Below are positions 39,700-52,941 of a DNA stretch of 64,000 nucleotides, one piece after another. Both the position numbers and the translations under genes were made by a program. The DNA is taken from the NCBI GenBank assembly GCA_036172245.1, contig JAYWIR010000012.1, positions 2,852,001 through 2,916,000 of the forward strand, read 5' to 3'. A model generated the notes under the pieces. That model searched no databases and was not told where the DNA came from. It saw only the letters and a program-made list of their open reading frames with translations. The DNA is from Raillietiella orientalis (lineage: Eukaryota). How positions within the stretch are numbered: the stretch's first letter is position 1; every line of letters begins with the position of its first letter.

Positions 39700-42265
39700 C
39701 ATGGACGCGGGAGGATCCCAGAAAGAGAGGCTCTTCATTCAGGTAGGCGGCGCGGGAGACAAATGCAGAGCTACACCATGAAGCTATCCAATGGAGCGGA
39801 GAACTGCGGGGAAGAACTGAGAACTGACAGGAGGAAGTGGTCCAGCTAAAATTCCTCCTCGGCCAACCGGGAATTGAGCGAAGAGAGAACTAGGCAGGAG
39901 TGGGAGAGGCAGCGTTGGAGATCCGTCTCAGATATGCTATTGCGGGACCTCTTCGAAGTTAGACGCTCAATGCGCAATGGTGTGTGAGCTGCAAGGTGAG
40001 CCAGAAATTTCCGGAGGCGATCACTTTGCTTTGGGAAGGAAAGGAAAGGAGAATTGCAATCCCGAATCGAAAAAAGAAGCGTCGTTGGAGTTGACTGGAA
40101 CAGCACTGCATCGAGGATTGACATTCCAGGGATGCTGTTCCTGCCAAGAGGTATACGTCATCAAGGCACCCGTGAAGGACACGCCCTGGTTCCTTCGAAC
40201 CACCTCCAAACGGCCCGTCTCTGGCCATCAACCTGGGAAGTCGAGGACTCGCCTGCCGAAGAGCACCAGGTCAGCGATACATCTGCAAGAGATAAGGAAA
40301 GAGGAGAAAATTCCCGACTCTGCGGGAATGGATCGCGGAAGACGCCCTGAAACGGGGTTATCCCCCTAGACTCCCTAGGAAACGAGGGGAATCTAGGAGG
40401 TTGCGTAACCTCATTTGAAGCCAGCGGGAATGAGAGAAGCTACGGGAGAATAGGAAGACGCTTGTGGACAGCTGAGACCGAGAAACCTCCGGGGCATGCA
40501 CGCATGAGGGAGAAATCCAAGACTCAAGGGTGGTTGGATGAACCGGGTAGTGGGTATAAAGGGGGGAGGGTAAGGACTCGTTAGGAGCTACCAATGGATG
40601 GTCCAGACTTTTTTTCACGCGTTCAGACCTTCCTCCTGCCTGGATCCTTCCACCAGTCGAGAAGTTCAAGTGCGGCATCGGAAGTCTTCGGCATTCCCTG
40701 GTGAGGAGGAAGTATGGTAAGCAAAACGAAAGTCCGAAGAGCCCTTTGAGGAACGCGCGAGGTGTGGTCCCACAACTCGCACCTGGAGTGAGCGAGGGAT
40801 CGAAGAACCAGTGCGTTTTGAGGATTCCCATCCTTCATCAGGAACACTCAGAAGTCCCGTCTTCTTTCGATTCCTAGGCTTCTTTCTGCAGATCCAGGTT
40901 CTCTGCAACACTGGGGGAGGGGAGGGGAGGGAACAGATCTGCCCTCGCCTACCCGCCTGCGCTTCTAAAGCGGACGGAGCGTCAGCTCCAATTTCGAAGA
41001 CGCACCCTTGCGGCGAAGCTAAGGACGACGCCCTCCTTGGTGCGCGTCAACACGCTTCCTCGCCAAGAGAGCTACCGGCTGCGACGGACTGACATCGGTC
41101 CTCGTAGGCAGTCACCGCAGTGCGACCCAGTGCGAACGTCAGCTTACTCAGATGGTAGCCTTGGCGAAGGACAACGCATAGGTCTCCTGCCTCTCTGCGA
41201 GCTGCACTACCTGGATTCAGAGATCTGTTGGCTCGCAGGAGAAGACCTACAGCGCGAGAGAGACGGAGTTTGTCCGCAGAGTGGCAGGAACGCGCATTGT
41301 CGCTGCAGGAGATGCTTAGCAGCCCGCGCAAGATGCTGTAGGCTTCGTCCACTCCCCCTGTCCCAGTACTACCCTCTCTGAGGGAAGCGAGGGACGGCGA
41401 CATCCCAGAAAGGTGAGAAGTGACGTGCTGCGTTGCGGCAAGAAGGGAACTTTCGAATGCGTAGAGCCAACGGAAGCTGAGACGTCGAGTGTCCCACCCA
41501 GAGGATTTCTGCGCTGGGGAGAGCTGATCGCAGTCCCTTCTGAGGAAATGAGGTGGTCCCCAGCGTGCTGGAGCAGTGACGCCCTCCTCCTCAGGTGGCG
41601 GGAGTTGGCACTGCTGGTCGTGCATCTGGGAACCCCATACAAAGAAAGTCTTCATCATCGGGCCCGAGGGCGTGAGTGCGCGGGGCGACAGCTATGGGGA
41701 GATGAAAACTCTCCCGAACCTGCTTCTCAACTGCGCTGCCCTCCGACCCCCTTGGGATTGCCTTGCAACGATCCTAGGAATCCCGGAGGGCAGCCCTAGG
41801 ATACTTTGAAACTCCTCTTCGTGCGTGGTGCCTCACTGCCGCCAGCGCTTGCGTCCCTCGCCATCCTCTGTGGTTCTTGAGGGATGGTGATGTACTGAAA
41901 CGCAGGAATAAGAGGAACGCCTCCACTGGTCCGGAATCTCCTTGAGGACCACCAACGAAATGACAACATCCGAAACAATCTCTACAGCATCCTGGACAGG
42001 ATGCAGAGGAGGCCTGGCAGCGAACTGCGACCCTCTCCCTGATTTCGCGCCCCCACATCCTCCCCGAGAAAAACATTCCTGCAGTTTTTTTTTTTTTCGG
42101 TCGTCCCTTTCTCCCTTTCGCTGTCGGAATGGACCTCACCGCTTTGCATTCCGAAAACCTGGCAGGCTCAATGCGTTTTCTTTTTAGTTCGTGGTAGAAC
42201 CACCTGACCTATCACAAAAATGTATTTTTTCTGATTTCATAAATAAATATTCCGGAAAAAGCGGA
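39700..42265 (+). mobile_element. Internally deleted non-LTR retrotransposon (ORF1-like piece plus ORF2 3' end)
   Basis: EVRRSMRN/LQGEPE (ORF1 RRM start-like) near 39950; RWRELALLVVHLG...TLPNLLLNCAALRPPW zf-RVT-like at 41590-41780, homologous to 38630-38920; AATAAA at 42242. Confidence 0.6.
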
Positions 42266-45200
42266 CCCGCTCCGCTTCTTCCTTTTTCATCCACACCTTC
42301 TCTGGGTACCTCCTCTGAAGGTGGAGGCTGCACTCACCCTCCAGATCTTCCTCGAAGACTTCAGCAAGCATTCCAGATGTCCGTGAGGAGATCGCATCTA
42401 TTCCTCAGTTTTCACAACGAAGGAGGCTCTCCCTCTTCCGCCCCACGACGGCTCCCAGGGAATGGAAGTTAGGGAATTCAAAAGACGAGAGGCGGTAAGA
42501 ACCGGATACCTTCCTTACTTCGCGCCAGCCTTTGGGAACAACGAAAGCATCAGACTGAGGGGTTGGGTAAAGAGCGCGCGGGAGCTCCTTTCCCACTCTT
42601 CCGGCAGGAGGGAGAAGGGCAGCGAAGTCTCGTCTTGAGCGACGCAAACATCTAGATGTTTCCATGACGGCGCCAGAGAGCTGTAGATGTGTCGGTAGAC
42701 GGACACGAGAATCACGGAAGTCTTCCCAGAGGGGATAATGCACTGCGGCTTGCGGTAGATCAGTCTTCCACGAATTCTGGAACGGTGGGTGGCGGCAATG
42801 GCAATGACGGACCTCGTTATGCAGGAAGCTGCTTGCTGGCTGCAAGTCCAGGTGGTTTTTTGAGCCCAAGGGCGCAAGGAGAGAGCGATTTTGTCTCCAA
42901 GGAAACATCTCTAGGGTTGTACTCTTGTGCGAGTGCTCTTTCAGAGTTTTCAGCCTTCCGGACGTTGGGTTAACTCTGAGGTCTTCGTTGTTCCCAATCT
43001 CCTTGCCTGGAACGAGGCTCAAGGACCATTCTTTGGGGTGGGATCCAACTGACCTTCGATCAGGGAGTAGAATTTTGTGGTCATGCCGCACTCCCCGCCC
43101 GAGGCGAAATTGAGCAGCGTCGAGTTCGGTCTGTACCTGGAGGACTCCCAACTTTCAGCGGCATGGAATTGCTAGGGGAGCTGCTCTGCTTCATCGTCAA
43201 TCCCCCAAGCGCGGGTGCCAGTAGAACGGTTCGGCTTCGGGAAAACACAGCCGGAGAGCAGAAAGATGGGAGAGCAGAAAAGAGCAAACTTGTCCCCTTT
43301 TTCCCAGGCACCCTCTGGCGGATACTTTTCTCCGGCAGACAGGAGAGATTGCCTGACCTCTTTCCTTCGTCTTGCCTCACCTGGAGTCTCAGAAAGATCC
43401 CTGTAGAGGCAGGCCCTTCTCGCCACCCCACTCCGATTCGACTTGGGTTCTTGTCCTCTGATGGGTTGCTAAGGAACTATGAGCTACCACTCTTCTCGCA
43501 CGGCCTCTCGCACCAGGGAAAGCAAGAAGGCCGCTGCAAGAGCGTGCTGGAGGCCGTGTGGCTGCTCGGCAGCAAGCGTTTCGGGTTCGAATGCCGCCCA
43601 GAGAAGGACGGACGCCGACAATTGGGTGCGTCATGCCTCCCGCAGGATGACGCTGGTTGGCCCATTCAGGTTCGGCACCGGTGGAAGCCGGATGTCCCCG
43701 GATGCCCGCGTTGACTGGCCGGAAATCCGGGAGCATCGATACTCCGACCGCGAACGGGTCGGAGTCCCAGCCAGATGATCGGGGTCTACTGCTCGTGTCC
43801 TTCTACCGACGCATCTGCCATGCAGTGCTTTCTCCGACGTTCCCAGCTGTGAACAGCGCAAGCAGGCTGGACGGGAGGGAAGCGAGTTCATGAGGTTCGC
43901 ATTTATTTCCGCCCCTCCCCCCGAATGAGAACACTTCCCCAGGTCTACCTACAAGGTCTCTGCAAGAGCACCACCTTCTTCGAAGCCCATGGCTTCAACT
44001 GTCAACGAGCACACGAGGAAGAAATTCACTCTATCCCGAATGCTATTCACAGCGAGAAAGCTTGGTGGCTTCAGGAGTGGACGGAACAGACGAAAGCCAT
44101 GTCTTTCGTAAGACATCAGCATGAGGCGATTCATGCTCTGCTCAGTGGAGAAGAACTCAAGACCTTCCAGATGGAAATTCTTCCCAGTGACCTTCTCTCT
44201 CGCACTTCCCGCCCGAAAGTTTTCCGATGGAGGCTCTCTCTGAGGGTGGGTGCCCAGGGGGACGCGTGCTGCCCTCCGTGACGACTTAGGCGTCGCTTCT
44301 CCAGCTCCAAGGAAGAAGCTCTAAGCTGTCCTCTAGAAAACCTCGTCTGGCGGCTTCCTGTGACCACCGTTATGTAGATGACCCTTCCAGGCACCGAGTC
44401 CTGCGGGATTCCCGCGTGACAGCCGCTCCTTCGCGGGTAGCCCACTTCTGATCCTCCTCGGAATGACTATGATTCGAGCTCTCATTCCACGGTGTGAATC
44501 ACTGTGGCTGCGTTCTAGATGATCCATGCCGGTCTGCGGCCATCTGTCGGTTCACGACATTCAACCCTCGTGCACGATTGAAGCGCCTTTCACCAGTTCT
44601 CACACTTTCCGCATCTCTCCCTTCTTGTAAGCACCACGTAGCTCTTTGTAGCTGGAGGAGATTCCAGAACGAGGGGCGCTTGTGAGCACTCGCTGCTCGG
44701 AAGAAAATCGCCCGGGGATGCGATTGATCTTTTCTTTTTTGAGCTGGTGGCGGATGTCTCTCGGCTGCTCGATGACTCTCCTCGTTTTCCTGAGGCTGAA
44801 GTACGAACTCGTACGGGAGGGGAGAGGGGAATCAGACCGGGAAACTAGGCATGAGAAAAGCTCCGAGAAGAGAAGGAACGGGGACCAGGCTTCACGACTG
44901 GGTCCGATCAGACCACGTAGGCGAGCGCTGACCGAGGGAAGGTGGGGGAGAGCTCCTTCCTGTCGTTGGCCGGTTCCTTCCGGCCAACGATGGCGGGTGA
45001 GGCCAGCGTCAGTGCAAGAATGCCGTGGTCAGAGAGAGACCCTTCGTCGACCCCGGGCAGAGAAAGGAAATGAGTCAGTGCAACGCCAGCATGTCTTCAG
45101 ACGTTCGACTTGGAAGTCCACATCTGCATATTGGAATGGGAGGTCTCGAAAGAACAGGCGGGTAACGGGAGATCAACGGACAAAAAGATCCTGAACATTC

Positions 45201-46524
45201 ACTCTGCAGCTCCATTAAAGCCAATCTTTCCTTTATGCTTCGTTTCCTTTTCCGTTTTTCACGTTCGCTGGTTCATCTTTCTGGAACCATGCCATGGTTC
45301 CCAGCTTTCGTACTGGTACTTGTTGCCAGCAAACTCCTGTCTAGCTGCAGGGGTCTGCTTCGAAATAAGGGACGTCACATGTCGCAGCAGGACAACTCTT
45401 CAAGGAATGCTGGGTCATCTATTTCGAATAAATGGTCCAGAAATCCGGGATGAAAAGGCTCTGCATTGAACTCCGTGTTCCGGCTGCAGCCTCATGTTGG
45501 ACGACCTACTTCTCTCCCTGCTTTTTTTTTGCCCCGTTCCTCCGGTCATTCGACAAAGGACCGAGGACCTTCTCAGGAAAGCCCTGTGAGGCATAAGGAA
45601 GTCCCGCGTTCGTTTCAAAGACTTGTGCGCTCCACGTAGGGATTGTGGACAGAGCCTCCTTACCCTGGAGCGGATGGAGCATCGGCTCCAGATTCGAAGA
45701 CAACTACTATGCCTCGCGGAGAGACTATGGACAACCTCTTGGTGCACACCAGCACGTCTCCTCGCCAAGAGAGCAACCAGCTGCGGGAGACTGTCTTTGG
45801 TCCTCGTAACCAGCCCTGCCAGTTTGAGGCTTGTGGCCTTCAATTGAGATAGATGGTTGCCTTGGTGGAGGAGAACAACTGGATCTTCTGCCTCCCCGCA
45901 AACTGCACTGCATAACTTCAGGAGTCAGTTCCGCATGGGGAAAGAGACATGGCTAGAGCAATGCGGAGAACTCCTGCCTGAAGGGATGCAGATACGTTCG
46001 ACAGCTGCTGCAGGAGATCATGTGCAGCCCACGCAAGCTGCTGTGGGCCTCGTTCACCCTTCCTGCCACGGTGCTGTCCTCCCTAAGGGAATCAAGGGCC
46101 AGCGACCCTCCCGACAGGGTGGGAGGTGTCTGATGCACTGCAGAAAGGAGAAAACTACCAAGTACGGCAACTGATGTCAGAAGCAGCCACGAGTCGTAGC
46201 CCACTCTCGAGTCTTCATGCTTGAGGTCTCAGAAGCCCGGAAACCGTACTCTTAGTGCTCGAGCGGTCACCAGAACATTCGTCATCTCGTGTAGGGGAGG
46301 AGAGATCTCCTTCCTGATGAGATTTCCTTCTCCTTTCTTTTTCGAGCACTCCTGATGGCCTCAGAGGGCTCTTGAAGGAGCAGGCACCTCTAGGATGTCG
46401 GCGCTTTCTTCTGTCGTTTCTCAATATCAGATCCGTAGGGAGACGAGAGCTCCGCTCCAGGGACGAGACCATTGCAGGAGACCACGTCCCAGTCCCCTTC
46501 CATTGACGTCATAATCTGGCGGGG

Positions 46525-46840
46525 ATACAAATCCTGTTGCCTAACGTGCACGTGAGACAACAAGAGATGCAGGACACGAAACAACAAGTGCAGGACACGG
46601 GACTACAAGAGATTCAACTCATGGGACAACAAGAGATGCAGGACATGAGACAGTGTCGTTCGGAACTGGAATCTTCTACAGCCACGGTCTTGTTTGCGAT
46701 GTGCAATCGCTTTGAGCGGAAGGACGTTGAGCCGGCTTGCTCGGATGAATCGGCAATCAGAGTATTGCGTGCCCCTCCCTGGAGTAAGTGGCTCGGGGCT
46801 CAGTGCGGTCGAATGCATGGCGTGGTTTCTCCCTGACCCC
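46525..46840 (+). mobile_element. Probable AP-endonuclease N-terminal remnant of a non-LTR element with an internal 21/24-bp tandem expansion
   Basis: IQILLPNVHVR (ILS.NVRG-like), repeated QQEMQDT units at 46554-46651, then SFGTGIFYS and AIRVLRAPP; 46655-46700 is homologous to 56350-56395 on the minus strand. Confidence 0.45.
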
Positions 46841-47810
46841 CGTGAGCCTCTGAACAAGCTGATTGTGCCACCAGGACCTGACACGCAAGGAACAGGGGCA
46901 TCTGCTGCACGCTCCAGGGTAGACGCTCTTCGAGCGACCACGCGCAGGCATACGTGGATCGGTGGTCGGAAGGAGGCCGCAAACCTTCACGTCCTTGCGG
47001 TGCACCGAAAGCGGAGCGAGCAGCCCTGGCCCGGCATCGAAGGTCCTCGACCCCGAGCGAAGGATTGGGAATTCGAGCCGCGGAAAGGAGCAAACTCCCA
47101 CGCAACGAGGAACCTTCCCAATCCAGGATACTCGTCGCGGATCGGTCCCCTTCCAGGAACGACAAAGCTAGAAGGGTCGGTAGAGCGGCGGGGAATCCCT
47201 TCCTTGGACTTGTTCATGTGATGTTGCATCCTTTGCATGAATCTTTCCTGAGAAAAGGGACAACACGTTGTGCATCCCCGCGGCTACGAGGCGCAAGACC
47301 TCGGAGTCAGGTAGGGGACATCGTAACCGGTGCCCAAGGTGAATGGAATTAATTATGTATATACATACACAATGGCCATTTAATATCTATGCACATATCA
47401 AATGGCCATTAGTTGACAATAGAATATATTGTATACTTGATATTAAATATGATATTTATAATAATATGCTGAAAGTTTTAGAAGAATATAGAAATACAAA
47501 ACTGTGAATGTTTAAATTAATAATGAACAATTAATGATCTATATTATAGTAAGGACACTTGCATTAGAGTAAAAATTGAGAAAAAGACGTGCTATTTTAT
47601 TAACAGGGTAAGCCAGTTTCATTCTTAAATTATTTTTGTGTTAATTATGAGCAAATACTTTGGGATTCGTGTGAAAACCAAGAAGTAGTTTACTAAGAAC
47701 ATTTTCTCTGCAACAGAGAAGAGCACCTTTTGAGAATCCATTGCTGGAATTGATTATTAAGACCGATTGTTAGGTCTCTCATATGACGGAAATGTATGTT
47801 TAGGATTTAA

Positions 47811-48378
47811 CCCTTTCGTCGGGTTGCGTCCGACGAAAAGTATCAGCGTACGCAGTGGACGCCCATGTATATTCGGCGAAAATTATCGGAGTGGACTGTG
47901 GACTCATATATGTGTCTGGCAAATATTTTGACCTTCCACTGGCGACATACGTCAACACTATCCATGTTTGAGATGGACACATACACTTACGTTCTTAGAA
48001 TTCCCCTAGCAACGACAGTAAACAAAATTCTATTTATGTACGGGCTGAGTGTTCTCGGTATTTATCGGTATCTTACGGAATTTATTACAATGTTTTTCAT
48101 CTTTGTGATATACCTTAAAAATGCGAATGAGCGATTGATTGATTCAAATCATGATGATAATTTTTAAATAAGTAATCCATGCTTGGGGAAAATGCAAATA
48201 TTTCACTTCATGTGGTGTAAATAAACACGTACAGTGGTAACCTTGATCAGCACTTCCCATGGTAACTCGACAGAGCACGCGGTACGCGAAGAAGCGTTCC
48301 GTCGACAGGGATCGCTGCCGTCACTCGCATGCCGTCAGCACGCAACGTTTCCATCGGATGACCTCTGTGCCCAGAGGG
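47811..48378. mobile_element. piggyBac-like non-autonomous DNA transposon (568 bp)
   Basis: TTAA|CCCT... at 47807-47814 and ...AGGG|TTAA at 48375-48382; terminal identity beyond CCCT is poor; no transposase ORF. Confidence 0.55.
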
Positions 48379-51300
48379 TTAATTACGCTTTGGCTGTTGG
48401 CAATGATTTTTAGATATGCTTTGTTTACATGTGTTGGTTTAAGTAATAGACATATGTATGAATTTTAAGGATACAGGCGTTCAATTTCAATTACAACAAG
48501 AAAATCGAATTTCGCTCATTTGCGTGCCAGAAGTTGCGGTTAGACCCAAGGGTTGGATTCATGTTAATTAATTAATTTAATTTGATTCGATCATTATTGA
48601 TTGATTAAGTTATTTTCCCGATTTCCGATGAAAATCCGGCGCACTGGCTGAATATATAAGTATGACAAAATTTCAAATTTATAAAGTAGAGTTGGGTACC
48701 CTGGCACGGATCATGGGTATGAACGAGATTGGCAACTTGGAAGAGTTGGCGATAGAAAGAGTTGTTAGGGGATTTTGCCTAGTTACTAGACAAATGATAT
48801 GTATCGATATATATTACTGTAAGATTACTGTTAATTACTATTATTATTGTATGTATTATTATATACTCATGTGCATATTTGAATCAATCAATACACATGA
48901 TCATATTATCTATCAATATTGATGTATATAATAAGCATATGCATTTACTTTTATACTCTTTGATATATGTATCAACAATATAGTCAACAACTTATCAGTA
49001 TTATTAATGAAATGTGTGCCACTGAATCTCAATGAACACACCTGTTCCAGCAATGAGACTGTTAATAATATGTATGTTGATGAATATGAATAACTATGTA
49101 TGTTGAAATGAATTTGTGTATCAATCCATGTAGAATAAGGCCTCGCGCCTCGCAGCACAGCGTGTTGACCCTTCTCTTAGAGGGGGATGCGTGCAAAAGA
49201 TGGAACACCACGTGAAGAAATCCGAGGAAGGGATCCTCCGCCTCTCCACCGAATTCTTAATGATCTTCTGGGATTCTGATCGGCACCGCCGGAGGGTGTA
49301 TCTGGGCAAGGGGGTGAGATTTGCTGAGGCTGGAAATCATTTTGATATCGATAACTGTGGATCGTCCTGTTGAGCCGTAGGAAGAAGTTAGGGACGAATG
49401 GATTGAGCAGCGATAGCGAATAGCATGGGAAAAGAGGTGGTGAGTAGATTAGGAGTAGTAGGAGATATCTTTTGCATCAGGGCAAGCTTATTTAAAAATG
49501 CTTATTATTCGGATTAAAGGTTGATACCTATTAGTGAGTTGAATGAGACTGTTGCTATATGTAGATGATGACCTGCTGAAGAAATTGGAATGGACCCAAT
49601 GTTGAGAGCCCCTGCCCTTCGATATCTCTTCTACGATTTTCTTCTGCTTTTTCACGGAATATCAGCCACGTTTCATTGGATTTTCTCTGAACTCCGAACT
49701 CTCATCTCATCTCTGGAATCTGTGGCTGTGGCATCCACTGTCGCCCTGTGAGTGGTTCGTGGGTTACCTCGTAGGAGGAAGAAATGCATCCTTAAAAAAA
49801 CAGTCGATTGAAGATTCCTGGCGACCTCATTAAGAAGGATTGCTAAGCTTCCAGATGGAAAAACGCGCGTCGTCTGTTTGATCTAAGCACCTGGAACTCT
49901 TTTGTTTTTTTCCATTGCTTATTTAGAATTCATCAGTGGTTGGTCGTCGCAGGTAGCCAAGGCGATCGGATTAAGGAAATCCTCAGTTTTCTTCACTTAT
50001 CTTCACGCGCTGGAAGAAGATCTCTGTGTAAGGGAAGATAGCCATCGAAAAGCCATTCTGAGTTGACAACGAGGAGGTGAAAGCTGGAGGAGGAATCACA
50101 AAATAAGACGCAAGGAACACAGGCGAGAACGCGGATACGTCATCAAGATGCAGGACAAGAGCACGGGACCGAGGATGGGAAACAAAGGCGAAAACACGGA
50201 GGCGCTGGAACGAAGGGAAGGCAAACAAGCGGGAAGAGGGTCCAAGAGCAGTGAGCACGTCCCTCGCTTCTGCGAAGTCCGAGCTGTCGGATCCACAAGT
50301 GCCCGAGGGATGCATTCTTAGGATGGAGAGGGTGGCTCCGAAAGCGACTGGAGGACTGAAAATCGAAGACAAGAGGACGGTTTGAACTTCCCTTTGAGGA
50401 GGAAAACGGGAGGAAAGTCTCCCCTTCGGCTGTTCCGACAGGGGCGGAGGAAGGGGGAGAGTTTCTGGGGAAATCCAGAAAGGGTTGCTGCAGATTGCAA
50501 GAAAGACCTCTTTGAGGCGCAGAACGGTGGGGTTCTTGCTGTCTTCCTTAGCAACCAATCACGGGAAGAAGCCAAGCGCGAATCCAGAGGAACCTCAACG
50601 AACAGATCCCACCAAAGGTTCTCGGAGTCATCATTGTCGCCAGAGCTTCTCTGCATGGGATATCCGGTGGCTGATGGAAGTCAGTCCGTTAGTTCACTGG
50701 TCATCCTCCTGTGACCTCTCCCGCAATTGCATTCCCCCTCCCCTCCCACGCGCTCCCAGCACATGCCGCCTTCCCGAGAGCCAGGTCCCTTCTCTTCCGG
50801 CTCCTGCAGAAGCATGCAAATGCCGTTTCCTTGCGGGGGGCACCATCTTCGCGGATGACTTCCGAGCGTCCGAAGTTTCCCCACTCCCGCAGACCTCGGC
50901 AGCGTCCTCCGATGGTCGTCGCAAGAGACGATGTTTGATACGCAATTTCCTAACTTTAGCTATCCGCCCGTCTGCGACGGTCGGGTCTTCTGTTCTGCTT
51001 CCTCTAGAAGTCGGGAAGCTCGGTGTGGGCTTCCTGATGTTTGCACGGCAAAGGATCCATGAGCTGCCGCGCCTCCGTGCCGTTAGTTTTAGCGCAAAGG
51101 AGCATCCCCGTGCTCGAGAGCGCGTCTACAAAAGATATGCGGTCGTCCCTGCATCTCTAAGCCACCGCTGGGGATGCTCAGAAGCTTCACGGAGGGGGAC
51201 CGTCGAAGAGATTCCTTGAGCTTGGTTGTGGAAGCCCTCACCTCTGGAACAGTGCTCATTTGCAGCTTGCTCCTGAGAGAAATGAGGAGTCCTCATGCAC

Positions 51301-52941
51301 TCCCATGCAAGTGTTCTTTGGATTTCTCAAGCTGCTCTCCCTTCGCAAAGGAATATCACGGGATGCTGCGGCTTCGTGGCCTACCACGAGGGAAACTTCT
51401 GCATAAAGTTTCTCTCTATGAATCTTTCTCTATAAGGTTTCCCGAAATAGAACCGGGGAAGGGAGGCTGTCAGAATCAGGGGGCCCACAGCTCTTCGTCT
51501 TGAAAGCAATCCGGCCTGGCGCATGTGTCAGCGGAATTCACAAGACGGATGATGCGTCGTTCCCATGGTGCCGCAGCGATCGCCGACACAGCATGCAGAA
51601 ACGCTGATCGCGAGCAACAATCAAGCAGCAGTGGAGGAGAGCAACAATCGAACGACGATCGTCCCGAGAAACAACCGATAGACAATGGTCGCGAGGGTTG
51701 TTGCTCATTGTTGGCAGCTGGTCCTGGACTCTGCCCGAGCAGGCGCCTCCCCTGATGAGATTCTCCTTCTCTTTGCCTGGTGGGCAGCCTGCAGGCCGCG
51801 TCGTACCGCGCTGCGTCGACTTGCGCCAAGGACATCCCTCGGGGTTCGGTGTGGGGGGTCTCCGTTCCGTCTTCTCCGTTCATCATGGGTTTGCTCTCCA
51901 TTCCTCTCGATTCCCTCAGCTCAGCACAAATCATTGGAACAGAAAAAGTAATGATTTCAAGGGCGTGTTGGGAGGGGAGAAGGGGGATGCAAACGTTCGT
52001 GATTTTTTTTTTTTTTCGATAACTGAAGCCGTGACTTCCAAGTGTTTCCCCTGTAGAGCGCCCCAAACCGAGACTTCCTGGTTCATGTAAGATCATCGTC
52101 ATTGAGAACCTTTGAATTCTTGCGTGGATAGGTTTTCTGATGCTAGGACGCCATCTGAGTTGGATTCTCCTGATCATCTGCCGGTCGCCAGACAGGTTTA
52201 GAGTGTTCCCTCCCTTCCGCTCGGCATTCCCTTCAGGTTTCCCGGAGCTGCGGAAAGGAATTCAGGAAATTTAATTTTTTTTTTTGCCTCTGAAGCTTCA
52301 ATTTTCAGGGAAAGAAGGGAGGCGTAGGGGCAAATGGATGGTGGATGGGAGCGGGGAAAGGGGGCAAACTTTGGAAAACCCGGCAAGCAGGGCGCGTCTC
52401 CGCCGGACGCGTGGTTTGCTCCCGCAGCGCTTCCGTGAGCACCTGCAGGTGTTGGATCCCCTGTCTCCCCTTTCGGGCAAATCAGATAAAAACCACTGCC
52501 CTTAGAAGAGTGCTGCAAGAGGAAGGTCCGTTTCGCATGCTGCCGCGTTCGGTTCCGGAATGCTTTTGGACGTGGCCAAGAATCTAGAGTCTCCTGTGGA
52601 CCTTGCCATTGAAGGTCGTTCCCAGAAGCAGAGCTCTGAGACAGGGAACTAACCCAGGTGATGCCGCTGTTCATCAGCGTCCCTTGGGATACAGGAGCCC
52701 GGTCAAAACAACAAGATGACGTTTAATGAATGCGACCGATTGTCGAACAGCATGCTCAGTGACGCGTGGGGGGTCTTCACGCATAAAAGATCAATGGAGG
52801 GCAGGAGGATAACCCAAAGAACGCGCGGGCTTTGGCAAGGCATGCAGTGATCCAGGGTGAGCTCACAGATGAACAACCTCAAGATACCAGAAGAGGCCAT
52901 ACCATCTGAAGCGATGCATACGATGAGGTGCAGGTTTTCCA

